Shown here in pieces: positions 8,104-18,268 of a stretch of 64,000 nt of DNA. The notes beneath the pieces were generated by a model. That model was not told where the DNA came from. It was given only the letters and a program-made list of their open reading frames with translations, and searched no databases. The stretch is from NCBI GenBank assembly GCA_963764725.1, contig CAVXTM010000002.1, forward strand, positions 151,136 through 215,135, read 5' to 3'. Positions within the stretch are counted from its first letter, which is position 1, and the number at the start of each line of letters is the position of its first letter. This stretch comes from an uncultured Gammaproteobacteria bacterium. Its GTDB lineage: Bacteria; Pseudomonadota; Gammaproteobacteria; JACCXJ01. Position numbers and translations under genes: made by a program.

Positions 8104-9207
8104 GTGAACTACTTCCTGGATCTCTTCAGCCCGGAAACCTACGAGGCGTTTAGGCGTTCCGATCGCTCGGTGTCCGGGTTCCGCCCCCGGCATAAGAACG
8201 CGGCGGAGCGGGTCCGCCCTGGCGACAAGCTGGTCTGCTACATGACACGGGTCTCACGCTGGTTCGGTGTGCTCGAAGTCCTTGAGGGTCCGTTCCGCGA
8301 CAGCACGCCGATCTTCCTCGAGGAAGTCGATCCTTTCGTAGTGCGCTTTCGCGTCAGGCCGATCGTGTGGCTTGCGGTCGAGAAAGCCGTTCCCATTTAC
8401 GAAGACGCGGTGTGGAACCAGCTGTCCTTTACCAAGGGGCAGACGAGAGGTACTCCTACGTGGACGGGCCGGGTCCGGACCAGCCTGGTGCAGCTTAGCG
8501 ACGCCGACGGACGGCTTCTAGAGTCCCTGCTTCTGGAACAAAGTCGTGGTGGCCGGGCCTATCCACTCGATACGTCGGATTCCCGGAAGCTCGCCACTCA
8601 TCGAGTGCGGCGCGTGGACAAGGATGTGACCGTTACCGTTCCGGAAGATCGGGACGACGTGGATCAGGAAAGGGCGCCTCAAGCAGAGGTACGGGAATCA
8701 ATCCAGATCCAGGCCCTCCTGGCGGACATTGGCGCGCGCATGGGCATGCAGATCTGGATCCCGCGCGCCGACCGCGCGGCCGTGGTCGGGGAATGGAAGG
8801 GGGACCACCCGCCACCCCTTGAGCGCCTTCCCCTCAACTACGACGAGACCACCCTGCGAACCATCGAGCAGATTGATGTCCTCTGGCTCAAGGGGCGGTC
8901 GATCCGCCGCGCGTTCGAAGTCGAGCACACCACCTCGGTGTACTCGGGAATTCTGCGGATGGCGGATCTGCTTGCCCTACAGCCAAACATGGACACCCGC
9001 CTTCACATCGTCGCGCCGCTGGCTCGGCGCGAGAAGGTACTCCAAGAACTGCGGCGGCCCGTGTTCTCGCTTTTGGAGCGCGGTCCACTGTTCGAGAGCT
9101 GTACCTATCTTTCGTACGACGGCCTGCGGGAGCTAGCGAAGCAGCCGAACTTGGCCCATTTGAAAGAGAGCGTTCTTGAGGACTACGAAGAGGGGGCCGA
9201 GGAGTAG
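8104..9207 (+). CDS. EVE-domain protein fused to a PD-(D/E)xK-like nuclease domain
   Basis: GTG start after GGAGGAGG; N-terminal RPGDKLVCY..WFGVLEV (EVE/PUA-like); C-terminal IDVLW..AFEVEHTTSVYSGILRM. Confidence 0.75.
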   Translation: MNYFLDLFSPETYEAFRRSDRSVSGFRPRHKNAAERVRPGDKLVCYMTRVSRWFGVLEVLEGPFRDSTPIFLEEVDPFVVRFRVRPIVWLAVEKAVPIYEDAVWNQLSFTKGQTRGTPTWTGRVRTSLVQLSDADGRLLESLLLEQSRGGRAYPLDTSDSRKLATHRVRRVDKDVTVTVPEDRDDVDQERAPQAEVRESIQIQALLADIGARMGMQIWIPRADRAAVVGEWKGDHPPPLERLPLNYDETTLRTIEQIDVLWLKGRSIRRAFEVEHTTSVYSGILRMADLLALQPNMDTRLHIVAPLARREKVLQELRRPVFSLLERGPLFESCTYLSYDGLRELAKQPNLAHLKESVLEDYEEGAEE

Positions 9208-9217
9208 CCCCGAGTCG

Positions 9218-9295
9218 TTCCAACAAGCGGATGCAGCAAACGAGCGGCACGGTCAACGGATGGACGCCGCGCGCTGGTGATTCGCAGCGTTGAGT
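9218..9295 (+). other. Integron attC site
   Basis: TTCCAAC-AAGCG-GATGCAGC..GCTGGTGATT-CGCAGC-GTTGAGT; the R' end fits GTTRRRY; starts 10 nt after the stop codon. Confidence 0.8.
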
Positions 9296-9500
9296 GTCTG
9301 CTCCGGGCAGATTATTGTCGCCACACGCAAACGTCCCAAATGGGTCGGAAGCCGAAATTCAGCTGAGATACCACCGAGCCGGTGACTTGGGCGTTTCTGG
9401 ACATCGTTCATGCTTACGCGCGGATTTACGCATCGTGATCTAGACTTTACCCTAGAGGATACCCAGCCACAAAAAACCCACCCTCGTTCAAAGCACGTTT

Positions 9501-9920
9501 ATGCCGATCCACTTTTCCAAGACAGTCTACGAGCCGCCTGAGTCAGAAGACGGTTGCCGGTTGATCATCATGCGGCGTTATCCGCGCGGCATCGCGAAAT
9601 CGCGGGCGCACGCATGGGTGCCGCAGCTCGCGCCCACGCTGGCGCTCGTGCATTGGTACCATGACAATAAGCGCGCGATCGAAGCACGGTGGCAATCGCG
9701 CGACCCCGTGCGCTTTGAACGGGAAATCGCGAAATTCTGGAGAACCTATAGCCGCCGGTATCTGAGTGAGATGCGCGGGCAGCGGAGCCTGATCGAGTTT
9801 CTAGCCTCTCTGCAGCGCGATTTTGGGGTGACGTTCACGTTGTTGTGTGCCTGCCCCGACCATCGGATCTGTCATCGGAGTCTCCTCGCGCGGCTCATTA
9901 ACGACACGCCTCCTCGGTAA
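9501..9920 (+). CDS. DUF488/YeaO-like protein
   Basis: DGCRLIIMRRYPRGI..WVPQLAP..TLLC..CHRSLL. Confidence 0.75.
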   Translation: MPIHFSKTVYEPPESEDGCRLIIMRRYPRGIAKSRAHAWVPQLAPTLALVHWYHDNKRAIEARWQSRDPVRFEREIAKFWRTYSRRYLSEMRGQRSLIEFLASLQRDFGVTFTLLCACPDHRICHRSLLARLINDTPPR

Positions 9921-9951
9921 GCTTGCGTACCGCTCCAGCGGTAACGCGTGA

Positions 9952-10521
9952 TTAAAACAATCCGCTGAGATCGACCGGACAGTCAGGCAAAGCCCTTAGC
10001 GTGCGTACGGCCGGTTCGGCGAGCGTCTGAGTTTGTTGATAGCCGGTTTCGGCGGCTCCGGTAAACACGTGCAAGCATCTGTTTTCGAGATCCAGGATCC
10101 AGACCTCGGGTATGCCGTGGCGCGCATAAAGCGGAAGTTTAACGTCGCGATCGTAGGCCAAGGAGGTATCTGCTACTTCGATGATCAGCATTACATCGGC
10201 GGGATGCGGGTGGGCGGATGCGTAAAAATCCCTTCGAGGCCGGAGTAAACAGATATCGGGTTCCGGTTCGGATCGATCGTTTAAGACCACCGGATTCTGT
10301 ATCCAGATAATCGCTTGGTCCCCCGCGCTACGTTCAAGAAGTCTCTGTAAGCGGGCGACGTAAGCGGCTTGCTGACTTCCAATGGGCGCCATCTCGATGA
10401 TTTCTCCCTCGATAAGCTCGACCCGGTCTTCTTCGGCGAAGATACCCGCCTCGCCCATGCGATGATAATCATCCGCCGTCAGGCGATAACGGCGATAGGG
10501 CGATTGAGCGCTGCTTAACAC
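9952..10521 (-). CDS. Uma2 (DUF820) family endonuclease
   Basis: RVELIEGEII, SEPEPD, IIEVADTSLAYDRDVKLPLYA..IPEVWI; start uncertain. Confidence 0.9.
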   Translation of the reverse strand: MLSSAQSPYRRYRLTADDYHRMGEAGIFAEEDRVELIEGEIIEMAPIGSQQAAYVARLQRLLERSAGDQAIIWIQNPVVLNDRSEPEPDICLLRPRRDFYASAHPHPADVMLIIEVADTSLAYDRDVKLPLYARHGIPEVWILDLENRCLHVFTGAAETGYQQTQTLAEPAVRTLRALPDCPVDLSGLF

Positions 10522-10660
10522 GGTGGCTAATCCTAGGCAGAGTTGCTTGCAAAAGAAAAAAGATATATCATTTATCCTAGCATAAACCACATAATGCAAC
10601 CAACCCTGGCTAGCATAGCGCTCGGGTACCGCCTCGGCAATTGGGTGGTCAGTCCTGGTG

Positions 10661-11338
10661 TTATCCGCACTTCGACTCTCCGCAGTTGAGGCACGTCAAG
10701 CAACCGTCCATTTGCACCATGGCCTTGGTGTGGCACTTCGCGCACAGCTCGGTGCCGCCGGGAAATTCATCCGCAGCGGATGATCCACTCAGTTGCTGTG
10801 AGCGCTGATACTCGGCGCGCTTCTCTTCGATGAGTTTTTTTTGATGCGCATCGGGCTTGTTGTCCTTGAGCAAGCCGATCATCCGCAGGTGGCATTCGAG
10901 CACATCGCCGATCTCGGCCACCAAGGAAGGCATGAAGCGACCGCCCTTCTTGAAGTAACCCCCTTTCGGATCGAACACCGAACGCAGCTCTTCGACCAGG
11001 AAGGTGACATCTCCGCCCTTGCGAAAGACGGCGGAAACGATGCGCGTAAGGGCGACGATCCACTGGAAATGATCCATATTCTTGGAGTTGATGAAAAGCT
11101 CGAAAGGCCGCCTCAGCTCGTGCGCCGTGCCGGCGTTGAGCACGATGTCGTTGATGGTCACATAGAGCGCGTGCTCGGAGAGCGGAGTTTTGATCTTGTA
11201 GGTCGATCCCAGCAGCATCTCGGGGCGCTCGACCTTCTCGTGCATCTGGATAACATTATCCTGCGGCTTTTCCGCGGCCGAGGTCTCGGCCGTAACGACG
11301 CTATATTTGACGATGCGCTGCTCGAATTTCTTGCTCAT
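10661..11338 (-). CDS. nrdJb: Class II ribonucleotide reductase, NrdJb subunit
   Basis: GSTYKIKTP..RPFELFINSK; C-terminal CAKC..GCLTCLNCGESKCG. Confidence 0.9.
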   Translation of the reverse strand: MSKKFEQRIVKYSVVTAETSAAEKPQDNVIQMHEKVERPEMLLGSTYKIKTPLSEHALYVTINDIVLNAGTAHELRRPFELFINSKNMDHFQWIVALTRIVSAVFRKGGDVTFLVEELRSVFDPKGGYFKKGGRFMPSLVAEIGDVLECHLRMIGLLKDNKPDAHQKKLIEEKRAEYQRSQQLSGSSAADEFPGGTELCAKCHTKAMVQMDGCLTCLNCGESKCG

Positions 11339-11357
11339 GGCCTGAAGTCCTCGCTCG

Positions 11358-13511
11358 CTAAAATTTACCGTAGTAGCCCTCTTTGAGGGCGTCAAAGAGG
11401 TTGGCGGCGGTGTGGATCTCACCGTCGTACTCGATGTCCTCGTTGCCCTTGGCTTCCACGGCGGTGCCGTCCTCCAGAATAAAGCGATAGACGGTGTTTT
11501 CGAGATCCTGATCCTTGACCAAGACCCCCTGGAAGGCTTCCGGATTGAAGCGAAAGGTCGTGCACCCTTTGAGGCCCTGCTCGTAGGCATAGAGATAGAT
11601 GTCCTTGAAATCCTCGAAGGGGAAATCAGTGGGTACGTTCGCGGTTTTCGAGATCGAGGAATCGATCCAGCGCTGCGCCGCGGCCTGGATGTCGACATGG
11701 TGGCGCGGGGTGATGGTCTCGGCGGTGACGAAGTAATCCGGTAACGGCGCCGCGGACGGCGCGGCGCTGGGCTTGGCATCGGGGTCTACGAAATGGCGGT
11801 AGGCGAGGAGCTCAAACGAATACACATCGATCTTCTCTTTGCTCTTGCGCCGCTCGCGGATGACGTTGCGTGCATAATGGTGCGCGAAGCTCGGCTCGAT
11901 CCCATTGCTGGCGTTATTGGCCAGCGAGAGCGAGATGGTGCCGGTCGGTGCGATGGAGCTATGATGGGTGAAGCGCGCCCCCGTCTCGGCGAGCGCATGG
12001 GCGAGCTCGGGCATTACTTTGGCCACGCGCTGCATATAGCGGCTGTAGCGCGCGTGCAAGATCTTGCCCTTGACCACGTCGCCGGCCCTGTAACCGTCGC
12101 GAGTCATTTCCGGGCGATGCCGCAGCATCGCGGCCGTGACGGTAAACTCTTCTTCCATGATAGGCGCCGGTCCCTTCTCGCGGGCGAGATCCAAGGCCAT
12201 CTCCCAACCGGCCAAAGCCATCTCGCGGGTGACCTGCTCGGTGAAGGCGAGCGAGTCCGGCTCTCCGTACTTCATGCAGAGCATCGTGAGCGTCGAGCCG
12301 AGGCCAAGGTACCCCATGCCGTGACGACGTTTGCGCAGGATCTCGTCGCGCTGCGGTTCCAAGGGAAGGCCGTTGATTTCGACCACGTTGTCGAGCATGC
12401 GTGTGAACACCTGTACGACTTTACGGTATTCCGCCCAATCAAAGCGCGCTTGGCCGGTGAAGGGATCGCGCACGAACTTGGTGAGATTGATCGATCCGAG
12501 CAGACAGGATCCATAGGGCGGCAGCGGCTGCTCGCCGCACGGGTTGGTCGCCCGGATGGTCTCGCAAAACCAGTTGTTGTTGAGATCGTTGACCCGATCG
12601 ATCAAGATGAAACCGGGCTCGGCATAGTCATAGGTCGAGGCCATGATCATGTCCCAGAGATGCCGGGCGCGAAGCGTCTTGTAGATCTTGCAGGCGACCT
12701 GCCCCTCGCTGTTGCTGAGATAGCCTTCCGTTACCGGCCATGCGCGCCAAATCACCTTATCGGGATCATTGAGGTCCAGATCCTCGGTTTCCAGCTCTGC
12801 TTGCTTAACCGGAAAGGCGAGTGGCCAGAGGTCGTTGGCCTTGACGGCCTGCATGAAGGCGTCGGCAATGAGCAATGAAAGGTTGAATTGCCGCAGCCGT
12901 CCGTCCTCGCGCTTGGCGCGAACAAAGTCCTTGACGTCCGGGTGCCCGACATCGAAAGTCGCCATCTGGGCGCCGCGCCGCCCCCCGGCCGACGAGACCG
13001 TAAAGCACATCTTGTCGTAGATATCCATAAACGAGAGCGGACCCGAGGTATACGCACCGGCTCCCGAGACATAGGCGCCCTTCGGACGCAAGGTGGAGAA
13101 CTCGTAGCCGATACCGCAGCCCGACTTCAGGGTCATACCGGCTTCGTGGACTTTGCCGAGGATGTCATCCATCGAATCGCGGATGGTGCCTGACACCGTA
13201 CAGTTGATAGTGGAGGTGGCGGGTTTATAAGCGCGGGCGCCCGCGTTCGAGACGATGCGGCCCGCCGGGATGGCCCCGTGGCGCAGCGCCCACAGAAACT
13301 CGCCGCACCAGTGCTCGCGTTTCTCCGGCGTCGCCTCGACCTCCGCGAGCGCCAGCGCGATCCGCTGGTAGCTGTCGTCCATGGTCGCATCGATGGCGGT
13401 ACCATCTTTCTTTTTTAAGCGGTATTTCCGGTCCCAGATGTCCAGCGAAGCGGCTTGGAAAGGAACCTCCGCGGCCACCTCGGAAATTAGCTTGATCGAC
13501 GCTTTATTCAT
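11358..13511 (-). CDS. nrdJa: Adenosylcobalamin-dependent ribonucleotide reductase, NrdJa subunit
   Basis: TINCTV, ATNPCGEQPL, IAPTGTIS and GLKGCTTFR motifs. Confidence 0.95.
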   Translation of the reverse strand: MNKASIKLISEVAAEVPFQAASLDIWDRKYRLKKKDGTAIDATMDDSYQRIALALAEVEATPEKREHWCGEFLWALRHGAIPAGRIVSNAGARAYKPATSTINCTVSGTIRDSMDDILGKVHEAGMTLKSGCGIGYEFSTLRPKGAYVSGAGAYTSGPLSFMDIYDKMCFTVSSAGGRRGAQMATFDVGHPDVKDFVRAKREDGRLRQFNLSLLIADAFMQAVKANDLWPLAFPVKQAELETEDLDLNDPDKVIWRAWPVTEGYLSNSEGQVACKIYKTLRARHLWDMIMASTYDYAEPGFILIDRVNDLNNNWFCETIRATNPCGEQPLPPYGSCLLGSINLTKFVRDPFTGQARFDWAEYRKVVQVFTRMLDNVVEINGLPLEPQRDEILRKRRHGMGYLGLGSTLTMLCMKYGEPDSLAFTEQVTREMALAGWEMALDLAREKGPAPIMEEEFTVTAAMLRHRPEMTRDGYRAGDVVKGKILHARYSRYMQRVAKVMPELAHALAETGARFTHHSSIAPTGTISLSLANNASNGIEPSFAHHYARNVIRERRKSKEKIDVYSFELLAYRHFVDPDAKPSAAPSAAPLPDYFVTAETITPRHHVDIQAAAQRWIDSSISKTANVPTDFPFEDFKDIYLYAYEQGLKGCTTFRFNPEAFQGVLVKDQDLENTVYRFILEDGTAVEAKGNEDIEYDGEIHTAANLFDALKEGYYGKF

Positions 13512-13554
13512 GCTCCCCCCTCGTTGATGGTGTATCGGGCTCATCCGGCTATGA

Positions 13555-13570
13555 ACACAATATATTGTGT
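13555..13570. promoter_or_regulatory. NrdR box
   Basis: Perfect palindrome ACACAATATATTGTGT upstream of nrdJa; a weak second box may lie at 13587-13602. Confidence 0.9.
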
Positions 13571-13669
13571 TTTTATAAGCTTTGCAACCCAGTATTATGT
13601 ATAATTACCGGACAGGGGCTTAAGCTCCCGAACGCGCCTGCTCAACGAGAGGTCCCTTTAGAACGCGTT

Positions 13670-15367
13670 CTAAAGGGACCCTGTACCTAACTGCATGCCC
13701 TCAACTTCGTTTCCATGCGTCAACATTTCCTCCGCATGTCTTAGCGTCTGTGCGGAGATGTTGATGCCCCCCAACATTCGCGCGAGCTCCTGTATCCGCC
13801 CTTGACCGTGAAGTTTGTCGACCACGACGGCGGTGGTTTCTTGGCCGCTATGTTTTGTGATCGAGTAATGGTGATGCCCGAGGGACGCCACTTGGGGCAG
13901 ATGAGTCACACACAGGATTTGCCGATGCTGCGCCAATTGCCGCAATTGACGGCCGACGATCTCAGCGACCGCGCCGCCGATTCCGGCATCGACTTCGTCG
14001 AAAATCAGCGTCGAGACTCCCTTTGCGGTGGCGTCCAGGACTTGGATGGCCAAACTGATTCTGGACAGCTCCCCACCCGATGCGACCTTCTCCAGCGGGC
14101 GCGGGGGTTGGCCGGGATTAGTGGTGACCTGGAATTCGATGCGATCTTGCCCGTTGGCAGCCGCATCCTCCAAGGCGTCCAGGCGGACGACAAACTCGCC
14201 GCGCGGCATGCCGAGTGTATGCATCGTGGCCGCGATTCTCTGCGCCAAGCGCGGCGCGTACCGTGTTCTTAGCTCCCGCAACCCGGCGGCAGCGTACTGG
14301 TAGGCGCTCCGCAGCGTGTCTTGCGCCTCTCTAAGCTCATTCAAGCGCGCCTCGCTCCCTTGGATGAAAGCTAAGCGTGCCTTAAGCTCCACGAGCTGCG
14401 CGGGGAGTTGTGCGATGACGATCCGATGCTTACGCGCCACCTCGGCAAGCGCCGCTATTCGCGCTTCGACGTCTTGCAGCCGCCCGGGATGTTCGTTGAT
14501 CGCGTCCAGGTAGCGATTGAGCGTCGCGCTCGCCTCCTCGACGTGAATCGCCGCGGTATCCAGCAGATCGACGACCGGCTCGAGACGCTCGTCGAGCGCG
14601 GCGCCCGCACGGATCTCGCGCACGGATCGGATAATCAAGGCATGGGCGTTGTCATTGTCCTCGCGTAAGGCCAACAAAGCATACCGGCAGCCGGCGACGA
14701 TCTGTGAGAGATTAGCAAGCCGCGTATGTTCGCGTTCCAGCTCCGGCAGTTCCTGGGAAGTAAAGCCAAGCATCTCGATCTCATGGATCTGATAGTCCAA
14801 AAGGGTTCCCTCGGCCTCGCGATCGTGGCCTTGTGCTTGATCAAGGCGCAGTAGCTCGTCGCTGATTTGTTTCCACTCTCGGAACGCACGCGCCGTTTCC
14901 GAGGACGCTGCAGTGGCGCCGGCAAAACCGTCGAGTATTGCGAGTTGAATATCACGGCGCAGCAATGACTGGTGCGCGTGCTGCCCGTGAATGTCGATCA
15001 GGATCTCCCCGACTTCTTGCAGGGTGCGGGCGGGAACCGCGATACCGTTAACGAAGGCGCGCGTGCGTCCGTCGGCGCTCAATTGGCGCGTGATCGTGCA
15101 CTCGTGATCACTCGCTTCGAGACTCCGATTCGCCAGCAGAGCACGGGCTTGCGCCGACAGATCGAATACCGCCATGACCGAGGCCCGCGGGCGCCCGGCC
15201 CGGATCAGGCTTGGATCGGCACGCTCGCCTAGGATCAGCCCAATCGCATCGATCACGATCGATTTACCGGCGCCGGTCTCGCCGGTAAACACGGTGAAAC
15301 CAGGAGCTAACTCCAGGTCTAATTGTTCGATGACCGCGAGATTTTCGATATGCAGGTGCGTTAACAC
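13670..15367 (-). CDS. recN: DNA repair protein RecN
   Basis: TGETGAGKS, ASGGELSR, FDEVDAGIGG and CVTHLPQVA motifs. Confidence 0.96.
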   Translation of the reverse strand: MLTHLHIENLAVIEQLDLELAPGFTVFTGETGAGKSIVIDAIGLILGERADPSLIRAGRPRASVMAVFDLSAQARALLANRSLEASDHECTITRQLSADGRTRAFVNGIAVPARTLQEVGEILIDIHGQHAHQSLLRRDIQLAILDGFAGATAASSETARAFREWKQISDELLRLDQAQGHDREAEGTLLDYQIHEIEMLGFTSQELPELEREHTRLANLSQIVAGCRYALLALREDNDNAHALIIRSVREIRAGAALDERLEPVVDLLDTAAIHVEEASATLNRYLDAINEHPGRLQDVEARIAALAEVARKHRIVIAQLPAQLVELKARLAFIQGSEARLNELREAQDTLRSAYQYAAAGLRELRTRYAPRLAQRIAATMHTLGMPRGEFVVRLDALEDAAANGQDRIEFQVTTNPGQPPRPLEKVASGGELSRISLAIQVLDATAKGVSTLIFDEVDAGIGGAVAEIVGRQLRQLAQHRQILCVTHLPQVASLGHHHYSITKHSGQETTAVVVDKLHGQGRIQELARMLGGINISAQTLRHAEEMLTHGNEVEGMQLGTGSL

Positions 15368-15374
15368 CGGCTGC

Positions 15375-16232
15375 TTAGCCCCACTGCAACTTGGCGCGTA
15401 GGGTAGCGAAGTGGTCATGCCCCTCCGGGTGGACTAGGCGGATGGCGCGTTCCGCCTTCTCCACGACCACGCGGTCAGCCGGCAGGAGCGCGCATCCGAT
15501 TTCTCCGTCACAGGTCAAACGCGCCTGTCCAGCCTCGAGGGTGCCTACCACGATTTCAACGCGACTAGTGCCGTTCAGTACGATCGGACGGTTGCTCAAG
15601 GTATGCGGGCACAACGGCACCAAGGCCAGCGCATCGATAGCCGGGTGCAGTATGGGACCGCCGCATGACAAGGCATAGGCGGTGGACCCCGTGGGGGTGG
15701 ACACGATGATGCCGTCGGAGCGTTGCCGGTGGACGAACTGTTCATTGACGTAAATGTCGAGCGTGATCAAGCGGCCGATGTTCCATTTTTGCACCAACAC
15801 GTCATTCACGGCCTCTTGAGCGTAGAGGGTTTTTCCGGCGCGGATGACGTGGCTTTGGAGAAGCATGCGTTCGTCTTCGACAAACTGCCCATCAAAGATC
15901 GCGTCCAGCCGCTCCGGGATCTCCTCGGGGGAGATGTCCGCGAGAAAGCCGAGATGCCCGACATTGATCCCCAACAGCCTGACCTTGGGGTTGGAGATCT
16001 GGTGGGCGGCTCGGAGCATTGTTCCATCGCCGCCGATGGCGATCACGAGATCGATCGGATAACCGACAAACGTCTCGGTCACCGTCAAAAGCGGCGACTC
16101 CAGTAGCTGCGCGCAGCTCTTGTCCAAGAAAACTTCCAGGTGTCGGCGTTTGAGGAAAGACAGGAGAGCATGCAGCGTATCCGGGATGCGCGCGTCGCCG
16201 GTTTTAGCGATGAGACCGACTCGCTTAAACAT
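15375..16232 (-). CDS. nadK: NAD kinase
   Basis: GGDGTML, GHLGFL and STPTGSTAY motifs. Confidence 0.95.
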   Translation of the reverse strand: MFKRVGLIAKTGDARIPDTLHALLSFLKRRHLEVFLDKSCAQLLESPLLTVTETFVGYPIDLVIAIGGDGTMLRAAHQISNPKVRLLGINVGHLGFLADISPEEIPERLDAIFDGQFVEDERMLLQSHVIRAGKTLYAQEAVNDVLVQKWNIGRLITLDIYVNEQFVHRQRSDGIIVSTPTGSTAYALSCGGPILHPAIDALALVPLCPHTLSNRPIVLNGTSRVEIVVGTLEAGQARLTCDGEIGCALLPADRVVVEKAERAIRLVHPEGHDHFATLRAKLQWG

Positions 16233-16384
16233 CGAGATCGAGGACCAGCGCGCGCATGGATTAACGTTAACATGTCCATCCCCGCCGCGCCAACTATGGC
16301 GCCACGGCCAGCATCCGCGACTGAATTTTGGGTAAGCTTGCTCGGTGTTCCGGGTCATTAGGCCGTCGGCGTGGTCCGTTCACA

Positions 16385-16987
16385 TCAACCGATACGTTCG
16401 AGAATCACGCCAGCGTCGCGATAATTGTAAGGCAGCCGGCGATGTAATCCATTGTGTTCCAGGATCAAGCTTGGCAAACCGTCCGCCCCGAGCTTCCGCG
16501 ACAAACAAATCTGCTCCCTAAGTTGCGATTGTGTTTCGGCGCTGTTCAGGTCGCTTTTAAATCGCTCTGCGTCGAGCCCCAAACGCGTTGCAAGACCGAG
16601 GAGTGTCTCGTCGTCGGAGGGATTCCGCGCTTCCCGGTAATAGGCTTCTTGGATGGCCAGGATCATGGGCTCCTCGTAGGAGGCTGCTTGGCTCTGCGCG
16701 GCAATCACAGCTCGGCACGCAGGGTGAGTCGAGCGGCGTGGCACACAACGGGTCCAGAAATCGAAGTTAAACTCCGTGCCGGGAACCACCTGCTGTATGC
16801 GCCGCCAGGTCTCTTGGATAGTCGAGCGCATCGCAGCGGGCATCGGAACCTCGGAATCCGGTGCGAGCCCCCCGAGCACGCGTTGAGTCACGACGCCACC
16901 CGGTAGACGCTTAACCACTTCGTTCCACACCGAACGAAATGCCCAACACCAGCTACACATCGGATCGTGTACGTAGTAAAGGCGCAT
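16385..16987 (-). CDS. DsbA/DSBA-like thioredoxin protein
   Basis: YVHDPMCSWCW CxxC motif; start set to ATG 16987. Confidence 0.88.
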   Translation of the reverse strand: MRLYYVHDPMCSWCWAFRSVWNEVVKRLPGGVVTQRVLGGLAPDSEVPMPAAMRSTIQETWRRIQQVVPGTEFNFDFWTRCVPRRSTHPACRAVIAAQSQAASYEEPMILAIQEAYYREARNPSDDETLLGLATRLGLDAERFKSDLNSAETQSQLREQICLSRKLGADGLPSLILEHNGLHRRLPYNYRDAGVILERIG

Positions 16988-17422
16988 CAATAAATGCTCG
17001 TCGATTGCAGTGTCATGGTGGATGCCGGGGATCAACAACGAAATGGCGCTTATTATAATAGGGATGTATTCGCTGTTGGAAAGGAGAGACAATGCATCAT
17101 CGCTTTGCGCGTCTCCTAGTTTTTCTGTGTTGGCTTTAGCTTCGTCGAGCGCCGTGTTTGCTGCTGTTACCTCTTGCCGGTTGCCGCCGTCATTATGGAG
17201 CAGAAAAATACGCGTCACCCGCACGTCGGGTTCGACATGATTACCTACCCATCGGACATACCTATGATCCGCTGAAGTTCTGGATAACGACGCCGATACA
17301 GCGTGCGATAGTCCAGAGCCGGGGAATAGCGCAATACAAATGCGGCGGCGGTTCCGCATCGTCGATGGAGACGCTGCCGAAATTACGCAAGGCGATGCTA
17401 AATTTTGAGTATCAAGAGAGTA

Positions 17423-18241
17423 ATGAATAACGCTACATTTACTGTTGCGACCATTGGCCTAGGTGAAGGTGAACTCCGATGGTTGCAGCAGATCGTGGAG
17501 ACTTCGCAATCGCAGGCGCTGCGCTTTGTACCTTACGTAGGGAGTCCTGAGACTGCTCCAGACATAGTGCTTATCGATTCCGATACGCCACAAGCTCTCC
17601 AGAGTTGGGCCGGTTTTCTCAAGGCTAAAGCACAAGGAAAAACGATCTCCGGCATTGTGTTGGCGCGCGAGCAGCCCGCAGACAATCCGAAATATTTGAT
17701 TCAGCGGCCAGTGAGCGCAACGCGGCTTCTAGCAATGATGGAAAAGGTTGCCATTGAGGAGCATGGTGCGCCGCGCGCCGCTGCGTCGGTATCTGCGGAC
17801 GATACGATAACACGCACGGATACTGGGACTCGGGGCGTGCAAGGCTTGCCTGGTGTGAAGGCGCTTGTCGCGGATGCCAGTTTCCCGGTCAGGACGCAGC
17901 TGAAGAACGCGCTTAAACCGATCGCCTCGTATGTCGATCTCGCACAGACGGGAGAAGAGGCGATCGAGTTCATCAATAACAAACACTACGACATAATATT
18001 TCTTGAGGTGATGTTACCGGGGATAGACGGTTATGAAATCTGCCGGATGATCAAGCACGACCCTAAGAAACGAACAACCCCGGTGGTACTGCTCGTGGCC
18101 AGCGCTTCGCCCGCGGAGAGTATCAAAGGTAAGCTCGCGCTTGCGAGCTGCGATACCTACCTTTGGAAGCCTTTGCAGCAGGCCTTCATTGACGATGTCG
18201 TCAAAAAGCTGCTGCCTAAGCCTATTCCAACACCCGCCTAG
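17423..18241 (+). CDS. Response regulator with degenerate N-terminal and atypical C-terminal receiver domains
   Basis: YDIIFLEVMLPGIDGYEICR..TPVVLL..YLWKP. Confidence 0.8.
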   Translation: MNNATFTVATIGLGEGELRWLQQIVETSQSQALRFVPYVGSPETAPDIVLIDSDTPQALQSWAGFLKAKAQGKTISGIVLAREQPADNPKYLIQRPVSATRLLAMMEKVAIEEHGAPRAAASVSADDTITRTDTGTRGVQGLPGVKALVADASFPVRTQLKNALKPIASYVDLAQTGEEAIEFINNKHYDIIFLEVMLPGIDGYEICRMIKHDPKKRTTPVVLLVASASPAESIKGKLALASCDTYLWKPLQQAFIDDVVKKLLPKPIPTPA

Positions 18242-18268
18242 ATCCTCTCGAACCGCAACGGCGCCGCT

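Noticed and set aside
9296-9500. Third cassette or IS end after the second attC
   Set aside because: No ORF plus attC unit, only short repeat-like scraps; the DUF488 gene has no following attC.
11339-11779. 372-aa ORF as an N-terminally extended NrdJb
   Set aside because: The extension overlaps nrdJa in another frame; a start at 11338 with an upstream GAGG fits a normal split NrdJ.
13571-13669. Cobalamin riboswitch upstream of nrdJ
   Set aside because: The space is too short and no B12-box is seen; the NrdR box explains regulation.
16988-17359. N-terminal extension of the DsbA-like ORF or a separate small gene
   Set aside because: No recognisable motif; cannot be distinguished from a chance open frame.
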